From an uncultured Bacteroidales bacterium (GTDB lineage: Bacteria; Bacteroidota; Bacteroidia; Bacteroidales; UBA7960): 64,000 nt of DNA. The notes beneath the pieces are model-generated. The model was not told the DNA's origin. It worked only from the letters and a program-made list of their open reading frames with translations, and did no database searches. Position numbers and translations under genes: made by a program. Positions 36,385-44,692 of this stretch are shown one piece after another. The stretch lies in the NCBI GenBank assembly GCA_964463915.1, contig CAYXEH010000006.1:8490-72489 (forward strand), written 5' to 3'. Position 1 is the first letter of the stretch, and each line of letters starts with the position of its first letter.

Positions 36385-38037
36385 ATGAATAATGCACAAT
36401 TTTATTACACCCGACCAAATAATGAACCAGTTTTTGAATACAGAAGGGGTACCCCCGAGCGTGATGCCCTGGAGGCGGAACTGCAGCGGCAGAGTGAACT
36501 GGAACTGGAAATTCCTCTGATCATAGGGGGCAAAGAGGTGCGAACCGGTGATACCGGCAAGGTGGTAATGCCACATAACCATCAGCATGTACTTGCCACC
36601 TATCACAAAGCCGGCAAAAAAGAAGTCAAGATGGCCATTGATGCTGCCATGGAAGCCCATCGCGAGTGGGCCGGAATGTCATGGGTGGATCGTGCATCCA
36701 TTGCCCTGAAAGTGGCTGGTTTGATTGCGGAAAAATACCGGGCCCTGATGAATGCATCCACCATGCTCGGGCAGGGAAAAAATGCCTATCAGGCAGAAAT
36801 TGAGGCTGTATGCGAAACCGTTGACTTTCTGCGTTTCAATGCACATTATGTCTCTGAGATTTATGACGATCAGCCCCATTCTGAAATTGGCAACCTCAAC
36901 AGGATTGAATACCGCCCCCTTGAAGGTTTCGTATTTGCCGTAACACCTTTCAATTTTACCGCCATTGCTTCCAACCTTGGTATGGCACCGGCCATACTGG
37001 GAAATACCGTTGTCTGGAAACCAGCCACAACCGCCCTCTTATCCAATTATTACCTGATGCAAATTTACAGGGAAGCCGGAATGCCTGATGGAGTGATCAA
37101 TTTTATACCCGGGAAGGGAAGCACGATAGGAGAAGTTGCCCTCCACGATGAAAACCTTGGCGGACTACACTTTACAGGCTCGGAGCCCACCTTCAACCAC
37201 CTGTGGAAAACGGTTGGCAACAACATTGACAATTACAAAACCTATCCCAGGGTAGTGGGTGAAACCGGGGGCAAGGACTTCCTGATGATGCACAATTCCG
37301 CCAACCTGGATGAAGTAGCCACGGCCCTGGTACGTGGCGCATTTGAATACCAGGGGCAGAAATGCTCAGCTGCATCCCGGGCTTATATCCCGGCTTCCAA
37401 ATGGAAGGAGTTGGAAAAAAAGCTCAGGGACAATATCACATTGATCAGGAAGGGGGATGTACGCAATTTCTGCAATTTCGTCAATGCCGTAATTGACGAA
37501 AGAGCCTATGACAAGATCATGGGTTATATCCAAAAAGCAAAGGATTCCAACAAGGCGGAAATTATTGCCGGAGGCAACGGGGACAAGTCAAAGGGTTATT
37601 TCATCGATCCCACCGTGATCCTGACCTCAGACCCCCATTTTGTAACCATGGAGGAAGAGATATTTGGCCCGGTGCTAACCATCTTTATCTATAAAGATGA
37701 AGATTACGAAAAGACCCTGCACCTTTGCAATGAAACATCACCTTACGGGTTAACGGGAGCCATTTTTGCCAAGGACCGCACAGCCTTTGTCCGGGCTTGC
37801 CGCATCCTGAGATATGCCGCGGGTAATCTTTACTACAACGACAAGCCAACGGGCTCAGTAGTCGGGCAACAACCATTTGGCGGGGCAAGGCGTTCAGGCA
37901 CCAACGACAAAGCAGGAAGTTACATGAACCTGCTGCGCTGGATCAATCCGCGCTCAATTAAGGAAACATTCAATCCGCCCACTGACTTCAGGTATCCTTT
38001 CATGCATGAAGAACCCTGTTACCGGGAACAGGATTAA
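36385..38037 (+). CDS. pruA: L-glutamate gamma-semialdehyde (1-pyrroline-5-carboxylate) dehydrogenase
   Basis: 550-aa ALDH with ETGGKDF, catalytic QKCSAASR and the family-typical C-terminal tail. Confidence 0.9.
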   Translation: MNNAQFYYTRPNNEPVFEYRRGTPERDALEAELQRQSELELEIPLIIGGKEVRTGDTGKVVMPHNHQHVLATYHKAGKKEVKMAIDAAMEAHREWAGMSWVDRASIALKVAGLIAEKYRALMNASTMLGQGKNAYQAEIEAVCETVDFLRFNAHYVSEIYDDQPHSEIGNLNRIEYRPLEGFVFAVTPFNFTAIASNLGMAPAILGNTVVWKPATTALLSNYYLMQIYREAGMPDGVINFIPGKGSTIGEVALHDENLGGLHFTGSEPTFNHLWKTVGNNIDNYKTYPRVVGETGGKDFLMMHNSANLDEVATALVRGAFEYQGQKCSAASRAYIPASKWKELEKKLRDNITLIRKGDVRNFCNFVNAVIDERAYDKIMGYIQKAKDSNKAEIIAGGNGDKSKGYFIDPTVILTSDPHFVTMEEEIFGPVLTIFIYKDEDYEKTLHLCNETSPYGLTGAIFAKDRTAFVRACRILRYAAGNLYYNDKPTGSVVGQQPFGGARRSGTNDKAGSYMNLLRWINPRSIKETFNPPTDFRYPFMHEEPCYREQD

Positions 38038-38209
38038 TGAATGCGTGTGGCCGTTTTATTGATCATTCCTCACCGGACCGTGATTGTGGCAACCCAGGTT
38101 GTCGATTCCTGGGGTAGCCTGATTGTGGCCTTTCAGGTTATCATCTCTCGCCGGTGCATGATTGAGATTGAACGGTGGTATAAAATACTGCTGACTACGG
38201 ACAGACCAT

Positions 38210-38249
38210 TTAACGAGTAAGTTCCCCGCTTAACGAGTAAGTTCCCCCC
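38210..38249. repeat. 20-bp tandem duplication spanning the ansA stop codon
   Basis: TTAACGAGTAAGTTCCCC occurs at 38210..38227 and again at 38230..38247. The second copy encodes the last codons and the stop of ansA. Confidence 0.9.
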
Positions 38250-39258
38250 GCAAGGGTTTTTGCAGATAATCTCTCAGGCGGTCAGAGGTATATCCGTTGC
38301 CAAGCAAATACATCAGCTTGGTAACGGCAGCCTCGGTGGTCATGTCGTATCCGCTGACCACACCGGCATTTACCAGCCATGCACTGGTTTCGTATTTCCC
38401 CTGATCCACTGCACCTCCCCGGCACTGGCTGATATTACACACCAGCAGTCCCCGGGCAATGGCATTATTCAGATCCTCCGCAAACCAATCAAGGTGAGGC
38501 GCATTTCCGGCCCCGTAAGTTTCCATCACCACGGCTTTTAACCCTTCGGTCGATAAGATTGCAGACACCACCGCAGGGCTGATGCCGGGAAACAGCTTCA
38601 GTACAGCAATGTTGTTATCAAGATTGCTATACACACGGAATTTATCATCTGAAGCTTGCTGAATGGCTACCTCATTGTATTTGATATGAACACCGGCACG
38701 AGCCAGAACCGGATAGTTCACTGATAAAAAGGCTTCAAAGTGTTCTGCATTGTGTTTATGGGTGCGGTTTCCACGATAAAGCTGGGATTCGAAAAAGATA
38801 CAAACCTCGGGTACCACCGCTTTCCCCTCTTTTTTGGCCGCTGCAATCTCCAGGGCAGTGATAAAATTTTCTTTTCCGTCGGTACGTATCATTCCGATGG
38901 GGAGCTGAGATCCGGTGAAAACCACTGGTTTTGACAGGTTCTCCAGCATAAAGCTCAGGGCAGATGCCGTATACGACATGGTATCCGATCCATGCAAAAC
39001 CACAAAACCGTCATAGGCGTCATAATGGGCTTCGATCATTTTGGCAAGGCGAACCCAGATGGCCGGTTCCATGTTGGAAGAATCAATCACAGGATCAAAA
39101 GAGATGCTTTCTATCTGGTAGTTAAACCGGCTGATCTCAGGAATCTGATCGGTCAGATGTTCAAAATCAAACGGGTTCAATACCCCGGTAACAGGATCCT
39201 CCACCATACCAATGGTGCCGCCTGTGTAAATTACGAGTATGCGTGGTTTTGAGGTCAT
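38230..39258 (-). CDS. ansA: L-asparaginase, type I
   Basis: Begins ILVIYTGGTIGM and contains HGSDTM and the type-I length of 342 aa. Confidence 0.9.
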   Translation of the reverse strand: MTSKPRILVIYTGGTIGMVEDPVTGVLNPFDFEHLTDQIPEISRFNYQIESISFDPVIDSSNMEPAIWVRLAKMIEAHYDAYDGFVVLHGSDTMSYTASALSFMLENLSKPVVFTGSQLPIGMIRTDGKENFITALEIAAAKKEGKAVVPEVCIFFESQLYRGNRTHKHNAEHFEAFLSVNYPVLARAGVHIKYNEVAIQQASDDKFRVYSNLDNNIAVLKLFPGISPAVVSAILSTEGLKAVVMETYGAGNAPHLDWFAEDLNNAIARGLLVCNISQCRGGAVDQGKYETSAWLVNAGVVSGYDMTTEAAVTKLMYLLGNGYTSDRLRDYLQKPLRGELTR

Positions 39259-39294
39259 ATGGTTCTTGGTTTGTTCGCTGCTTCTCAGCTCACG

Positions 39295-39496
39295 GTTGAC
39301 GGGGGCCGACGCCCCCTTGGTTAGTCGGGGCTGACGCCCCTCCGGTTGGTCGAGGGCTACCGCCCTCTCCAGTTGTTAGTTAGTCGGCGTTTCGCGCCTG
39401 GTGGTTACGGGGTCTTCGACCCCTGGTTAATAACGTTTGATCCCTTCGGGATCGACCTCTGCCCGGAAGAACCATCAACCAGAGTGGCGAAGCCAC
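39295..39496. repeat. array of 7 short GC-rich hairpins, the first six preceded by GGTTAGTC-like linkers
   Basis: The hairpins are at 39301..39316 (GGGGGC-CGAC-GCCCCC) and 39327..39340 (GGGGC-TGAC-GCCCC). Next come 39352..39367 (GAGGGC-TACC-GCCCTC), 39386..39398 (GGCG-TTTCG-CGCC) and 39409..39423 (GGGGTC-TTC-GACCCC). The last two are 39439..39453 (GATCCC-TTC-GGGATC) and 39484..39496 (GTGGC-GAA-GCCAC). The linkers are GGTTGAC, TTGGTTAGTC, TCCGGTTGGTC, GTTAGTTAGTC, TGGTGGTTAC and TGGTTAATAACGTTT. Confidence 0.85.
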
Positions 39497-39498
39497 GG

Positions 39499-40266
39499 CT
39501 AGACCCCAAACATCCTGCGTGCATTGGCCGTGGTGACCCCGGCGACTTCTTCCACATCAATGCCCTTAATCTCTGCAATCCGCTCTGCGATATGAGGCAG
39601 GTAGGCACTCTCATTTCGCTTTCCCCGAAAAGGGACGGGAGAAAGGAAAGGGGCATCTGTTTCCAGAATAAGGTGTGACAGGTTCACTGCTTTAACCACA
39701 TCTGCCATCAGGCTGTTCTTATAAGTAACCACTCCGCCGATGCCCAGCATGAACCCCATGTCTATCACCTTTGCGGCCTGTGCCGCATTCCCGGGAAAGC
39801 AATGAAAAACACCCTTCAGTGCGGGATCCTGCCTTGGCATGAGCACATCAAACAATTCATTCAATGAGTTGCGTGAATGAAGTACAAGAGGCAATGAATA
39901 CTCCCTGGCCCAGTGAATATGATGCTCCAGCGACTCTTGCTGCTCATCTTTATATGTTTTGTCCCAGTAAAGGTCAATGCCGGTCTCACCAACAGCAACA
40001 AATCCTCCCTTTTTCAACCATCCTTCAATGTTGGCCAGTTCGGTATGATAGGTGGTTTTTACGGAAGTTGGGTGAAGTCCCATCATAGGCAGACATCTCC
40101 CCGGAAACTGCCGGGCGGCAGCCATCATTGACACAACGGTATGGCTGTCAATATTGGGCATGAGAAAGTGGCTGACCTGCGCCTTTTCGGCGCGGTCAAC
40201 CACCTCTGCCCTGTCATAATCAAACTGTTCCAGGTAAATATGCGTATGGGTGTCGATCAGTTCCAA
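39499..40266 (-). CDS. tatD: TatD-family metal-dependent hydrolase
   Basis: Begins MELIDTHTHIY, contains GETGIDLYW and HCF, and is 255 aa long. Confidence 0.9.
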   Translation of the reverse strand: MELIDTHTHIYLEQFDYDRAEVVDRAEKAQVSHFLMPNIDSHTVVSMMAAARQFPGRCLPMMGLHPTSVKTTYHTELANIEGWLKKGGFVAVGETGIDLYWDKTYKDEQQESLEHHIHWAREYSLPLVLHSRNSLNELFDVLMPRQDPALKGVFHCFPGNAAQAAKVIDMGFMLGIGGVVTYKNSLMADVVKAVNLSHLILETDAPFLSPVPFRGKRNESAYLPHIAERIAEIKGIDVEEVAGVTTANARRMFGV

Positions 40267-40274
40267 AACGCACT

Positions 40275-41465
40275 TTACTTAAGAACCTTTAATTCTTTGC
40301 CAATTTTAATAAAGGCCTCCACACACTGATCCAGATGTTCAATTTCATGAGCAGCAGACACCTGTACCCGAATACGTGCCTGTTCTTTGGGCACAACAGG
40401 ATAGTAGAAGCCGATCACATAGATGCCTTCATCCAGCAACCTGGCGGCAAATTCCTGCGAAAGTGGTGCATCATACAACATCACAGCTACGATGGCAGAT
40501 TGTGTAGGTTTCAGGTCAAATCCGGCATTTTGCATTTTGTCCATGAAATAGTCGGTATTGCGGTGCAACTTGTCCTGCAATTCATGGGTTTCCGCCATCA
40601 TGTCAAACATTTTGATCCCTGCATTCACCACTCCCGGAGGCAGTGAATTGGAGAAAAGATAAGGCCTGGAGCGCTGACGCAGCAACTCAATGATTTCTTT
40701 CCGACCGGTGGTGAACCCGCCGATGGCACCGCCGAATGCCTTGCCCAGGGTGCCCGTAATAATGTCCACCTCGCCGCGGATGTCAAACAATTCGGTTACA
40801 CCGCGTCCTGTTTTACCAACCACACCTGCGGAGTGGCATTCATCCACCATCACCATGGCATCATATTTCTCGGCAAGGGCAACGATCTTGTCCATCGGGG
40901 CCGCATTGCCATCCATGGAAAACACTCCGTCGGTCACGATGACGCGGAAACGCTGTGCCTGGGCTTCCTTTAGCTTGGCCTCCAGGTCTTCCATATCTGC
41001 ATTCTTATAGCGATAGCGAGCCGCCTTGCAAAGCCTGACACCATCAATAATTGATGCGTGGTTCAGAGAGTCCGAAATAATCGCATCCTCTTCGGTGAGA
41101 ATAGGCTCAAACACCCCGCCATTGGCATCAAAGCATGCCGCGTAAAGAATGGTGTCTTCTGTGCCAAAATATTCAGCAATTTTCTTCTCCAGAATTTTGT
41201 GATAGTCCTGGGTGCCGCAGATGAACCGCACAGAGGACATACCAAAGCCTCTTTCATCCATTCCTTCCTTGGCTGCCTGGATAAGGGCCGGATGATTTGA
41301 AAGGCCCAGGTAATTGTTCGCACAGAAGTTCAGCACTTCCTGCCCGGACTTCACCTTAATCTTTGCGTCCTGAGGGGTTACAATAATCCGCTCTTCCTTA
41401 TATAACCCGGCGTCCCGGATACCTTCCAATTCCTGCTGAAGATGTTCCTTGATTTTTCCGTACAT
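40275..41465 (-). CDS. kbl: glycine C-acetyltransferase (2-amino-3-ketobutyrate CoA ligase)
   Basis: Alpha-oxoamine synthase family with FCANNYLGL, DECHSAG, TLGKAFGG and VFSMDG. Confidence 0.9.
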   Translation of the reverse strand: MYGKIKEHLQQELEGIRDAGLYKEERIIVTPQDAKIKVKSGQEVLNFCANNYLGLSNHPALIQAAKEGMDERGFGMSSVRFICGTQDYHKILEKKIAEYFGTEDTILYAACFDANGGVFEPILTEEDAIISDSLNHASIIDGVRLCKAARYRYKNADMEDLEAKLKEAQAQRFRVIVTDGVFSMDGNAAPMDKIVALAEKYDAMVMVDECHSAGVVGKTGRGVTELFDIRGEVDIITGTLGKAFGGAIGGFTTGRKEIIELLRQRSRPYLFSNSLPPGVVNAGIKMFDMMAETHELQDKLHRNTDYFMDKMQNAGFDLKPTQSAIVAVMLYDAPLSQEFAARLLDEGIYVIGFYYPVVPKEQARIRVQVSAAHEIEHLDQCVEAFIKIGKELKVLK

Positions 41466-41515
41466 ATCAGTAATTTGCTTTTGGTGTATAAAATGAAATA
41501 ATTATAAGTCAGAGG

Positions 41516-41523
41516 CAAAGATA
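41516..41523 (-). promoter_or_regulatory. candidate -7 box (TATCTTTG on the minus strand) for kbl
   Basis: TAnnTTTG match about 50 nt upstream of the kbl start. The -33 element is weak. Confidence 0.3.
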
Positions 41524-41600
41524 TTGTTTTTGATAATAAATGCACGTAACCAACACCCCAACCTGGCACTTAATCACTTAAAAAAATCAATAATAATCCT

Positions 41601-41608
41601 TACATTTG
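41601..41608 (+). promoter_or_regulatory. candidate -7 box (TACATTTG) for tdh
   Basis: TAnnTTTG match 52 nt upstream of the ATG at 41660. No clear -33 element. Confidence 0.3.
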
Positions 41609-41659
41609 CGCCCGACCGCGTAATAATCTACTTTTATAAACGATTAAATTTTAAACAGC

Positions 41660-42622
41660 ATGAAAAATATTTTGGTTGTCGGATCAGCTGGTCAGATTGG
41701 CTCAGAGCTCACACTTGCTTTGCGCGATATTTACGGAGGCGACAATGTGGTTGCCGGTGTACGAAAAACCAAACCTTCGGAAAAACTATCCGGCACAGGC
41801 CCCTGCGAGGTGGTCGACGCACTGGATAAAGAAAACCTGAAAAAGGTGGTTGACAAATATCATATTGATGCCATTATCAATATGGCCGCTATCCTCTCAG
41901 GCACAGGAGAAAAAAATCCCATGCTGGCCTGGGATGTCAATATGAACGGGCTGATCAATATTCTTGAACTGGCCCGGGAATACAAGATGAAACAGGTACT
42001 GGTACCCAGTTCCATTGCCGTGTTTGGCCCCACCACCCCCGTTGACAACACCCCCCAGGAAACCATTCTGAAACCCACCACCATTTATGGTGTGACCAAG
42101 GTGGCCGGAGAATTGCTGGGAGATTATTATGTAAAAAAATACGGTCTTGATGTCAGAGGACTGAGGTACCCCGGAATCATCAGCCATGAGACCGAACCGG
42201 GTGGCGGCACCACCGATTATGCTGTGGCCATCTATTACGAAGCCATCAAAAACAAGAAATACACCTGTTTCGTCAACGAGAATACCCGTTTGCCGATGAT
42301 GTATATGCCCGACTGCCTGAAAGCCACCATCGATCTGATGCAGGCGGACTTTTCCAGCCTGAATCACCACTGCGACTACAACGTAGGAGCCATGGACTTT
42401 ACTGTAGCGGAAATGGCAGAATCGATCAAAAAACACATTCCGGAATTCGAAATCAGCTATGAACCGGATTTCCGCCAGGAGATTGCCGACTCATGGCCAA
42501 ACTCTGTGGATGACAGTCCGGCGCGAAAAGACTGGGGCTGGAAGCATGACTTTGACCTGGATAAAATGACAGCAGATATGCTGAAAGCCATCGGAGAAAA
42601 ACACGAAAAAGGCTTGATTTAA
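41660..42622 (+). CDS. tdh: L-threonine 3-dehydrogenase, GalE-like short-chain (extended SDR) type
   Basis: Rossmann motif VVGSAGQIGSEL and catalytic YGVTK. It lies divergent to kbl, the classic threonine-to-glycine pair. Confidence 0.8.
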   Translation: MKNILVVGSAGQIGSELTLALRDIYGGDNVVAGVRKTKPSEKLSGTGPCEVVDALDKENLKKVVDKYHIDAIINMAAILSGTGEKNPMLAWDVNMNGLINILELAREYKMKQVLVPSSIAVFGPTTPVDNTPQETILKPTTIYGVTKVAGELLGDYYVKKYGLDVRGLRYPGIISHETEPGGGTTDYAVAIYYEAIKNKKYTCFVNENTRLPMMYMPDCLKATIDLMQADFSSLNHHCDYNVGAMDFTVAEMAESIKKHIPEFEISYEPDFRQEIADSWPNSVDDSPARKDWGWKHDFDLDKMTADMLKAIGEKHEKGLI

Positions 42623-42638
42623 GGGCATATAGGAAAAA

Positions 42639-42675
42639 ATCCCGGCAGCATCATTCCATACTGCCGGGATTTTTA
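42639..42675 (+). terminator. intrinsic terminator after tdh
   Basis: ATCCCGGCAG, a 12-nt loop, CTGCCGGGAT, followed by T5. Confidence 0.8.
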
Positions 42676-42714
42676 TACCCCTGATTTTATAAAAAAATGT
42701 AGCTTTGCAGTGAG

Positions 42715-43833
42715 ATGGACCAGTTTATCGTTTCCGCACGCAAATACCGGCCAGCCACCTTCGATATGGTGGTGGGGCAGCAATCCATAACCAACACCCT
42801 TAAAAATGCCATCAGGAATAACCACCTGGCCCAGGCATTTTTGTTTTGCGGACCAAGAGGTGTAGGCAAAACAACCTGTGCCCGCATTCTGGCTAAAACC
42901 ATCAACTGTGAAAACATTACGGATAACATTGAGGCGTGCAATGAATGTGAGTCATGCCGGTCATTCAACCAAAGTCATTCCTTCAATGTACATGAGCTGG
43001 ATGCAGCCTCCAATAATTCAGTAGAAGGCATCCGTTCCCTGGTGGATCAGGTAAGAATCCCCCCACAGGTAGGCACCTACAAGGTATATATCATTGATGA
43101 GGTTCACATGTTGTCTCAACAGGCATTCAATGCCTTTCTGAAAACGCTTGAAGAACCCCCTGCCTATGCCAAATTCATCCTGGCCACAACAGAAAAGCAC
43201 AAGATCATCCCCACCATATTGTCGCGTTGCCAGATCTTTGATTTTGCCAGGATTACCGTAGAAGACATTTCCGGGCAACTTGCCTATGTGGCTCAGCAGG
43301 AATCGATACAGGCCGACCCCAATGCCCTGCATATTATCAGCCAGAAAGCCGACGGGGCCATGCGTGATGCGTTATCGATTTTTGATCAGCTGGTCAGCTT
43401 CACAGGCAACACCATTACTTATCAACAGGTCATTGAAAACCTCAATGTGCTGGATTACGATTATTTTTTCAGGATGACCGACCTGATCCTGGAAGAAAAA
43501 CCCGCAGAAATCCTGCTGCTGGTTAACGAAGTTTTGCAAAAAGGATTTGAGGGAGCGGATTTTATCACCGGTTACGGTGCCCACCTGCGCGACCTGCTGG
43601 TCTGCAAGGATCCCGCAACGGCGAAGCTGGTGGAAGCCAGTGAGGATATCCGTGTAAAATATGTGGCGCAGGCGGAAAAATGCTCAAGAGAGCTTTTACT
43701 TCAGACCCTTGAAATCAACAACCAGGCTGATGTTCAGTACAAAATAAGCAGCAATAAACGATTATTGCTGGAATTGTCCCTGCTGCAAATGGCATCCCTG
43801 GTAAAAAAAAAAGCCCTGACGACACAGCAGTAA
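42715..43833 (+). CDS. dnaX: DNA polymerase III gamma-like product (unshifted frame of dnaX, 372 aa)
   Basis: Contains FCGPRGVGKTT, a Zn module (CNECESC), IIDEVHMLS and SRC. The frame stops 6 codons after the A10 run. Confidence 0.85.
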   Translation: MDQFIVSARKYRPATFDMVVGQQSITNTLKNAIRNNHLAQAFLFCGPRGVGKTTCARILAKTINCENITDNIEACNECESCRSFNQSHSFNVHELDAASNNSVEGIRSLVDQVRIPPQVGTYKVYIIDEVHMLSQQAFNAFLKTLEEPPAYAKFILATTEKHKIIPTILSRCQIFDFARITVEDISGQLAYVAQQESIQADPNALHIISQKADGAMRDALSIFDQLVSFTGNTITYQQVIENLNVLDYDYFFRMTDLILEEKPAEILLLVNEVLQKGFEGADFITGYGAHLRDLLVCKDPATAKLVEASEDIRVKYVAQAEKCSRELLLQTLEINNQADVQYKISSNKRLLLELSLLQMASLVKKKALTTQQ

Positions 43834-44534
43834 GCCCGCCGCAGCAACTGATCGCCCCCACTAAGACAGCCACTCCTTCCGGTACATCCGGCAAGACCGG
43901 CAAAGATTCTGATACGTCCGGGGCAGATAATGCACCCAGGTACGGGCAAACAAACAAGTCCGAAAACAAGCCGGAAAACAAGCGTCAACCCCTGAAAGAA
44001 AGGAAAGCCGGCAATGATCAGGTTCCAAAAACCCAAACACCCAAACGCACTACCCTAACTTCAAAAGGAGCCAGTCCCATCAGCAAACTGAGCCTGAAAA
44101 TCAATGAAGATAAAAAAGCCGTAAAAGAAGATATCGGGGAATCCGGGGAAGGTGGTTACCGGCCGGTAACCACCTTTTCCCATGAAGAATTCATGCAGGC
44201 CTGGAATAAGCTTGCCAGGTCACACCAGGAAGAAAGCCCGGCCCTTTATATGGCCATGACAAGTCACCAGGCCAGGTTGTTACCGGACAATGTCATCCTT
44301 CTGCAACTTGACAACACCATTCAGGAAGATCTGATCAAAGACAATAAACCGGCGCTACTCAGTATGCTGCATAAAACACTCAGAAATTACGCCATTGATA
44401 TCAGAACAGAAGTGATCAAAAGCCAAGAGATCAGGAAAGTCTATCTGCCCAGGGACAAGTTGCAGAAGCTGACAGACAAAAACCCGGAGATCCTCCGCCT
44501 GCAAAAGGAAATGGGGCTTGATCTCCTTTATTAA
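42715..44534 (+). CDS. dnaX: DNA polymerase III tau (full length, about 606 aa; requires a -1 frame change at 43803..43812)
   Basis: My hand translation shows the -1 frame open from the A10 run to 44534. It reads a Pro/Thr/Ser/Lys-rich linker (..SPDDTAVSPPQQLIAPTKTATPSGTSGKTGKDSD..). It then runs into the track ORF 44193..44534 (MQAWNKLARSHQEESPALY...). Confidence 0.65.
43803..43812 (+). promoter_or_regulatory. A10 slippery run (A_AAA_AAA in the 0 frame), a candidate recoding site
   Basis: GTA AAA AAA AAA GCC. This has the same heptamer class as E. coli dnaX A_AAA_AAG and is long enough for RNA-polymerase slippage. Confidence 0.55.
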
Positions 44535-44692
44535 GGTCATGTTCACCATTTATTTGCAATTATTAACATTCGTCGCATGAAAGGCCACAGGGATCTGCAA
44601 AGAAAATTTGTACATTTGTTTACCTTTATCGTCAGGCGACTCTTACCATTAGTCGAATTTCTGGAATATAATTTGATAACCTTTAAATTTTT

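Noticed and set aside
39295-39496. Possibility that the hairpin arrays (39.3 kb, 52.5 kb) or the 21-bp array (36.1 kb) are CRISPR arrays
   Set aside because: The conserved part is only an 8-10-nt linker, the period is 21-30 bp, and the variable parts are self-complementary hairpins rather than spacers. There is no leader, and no cas genes occur in the window.
39346-39678. ORFs 39346..39678 (+, 110 aa) and 39405..39656 (-, 83 aa) across the hairpin array
   Set aside because: They span non-coding hairpin repeats and run out of frame or antisense into the well-supported tatD gene. No motifs are present.
44193-44534. Treating ORF 44193..44534 (113 aa) as an independent small gene
   Set aside because: Its frame stays open upstream for another ~390 nt, back to the A10 run in dnaX. 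The sequence is the expected tau C-terminal region. The antisense ORFs 43715..43981 and 43734..44036 are shadows of that linker.
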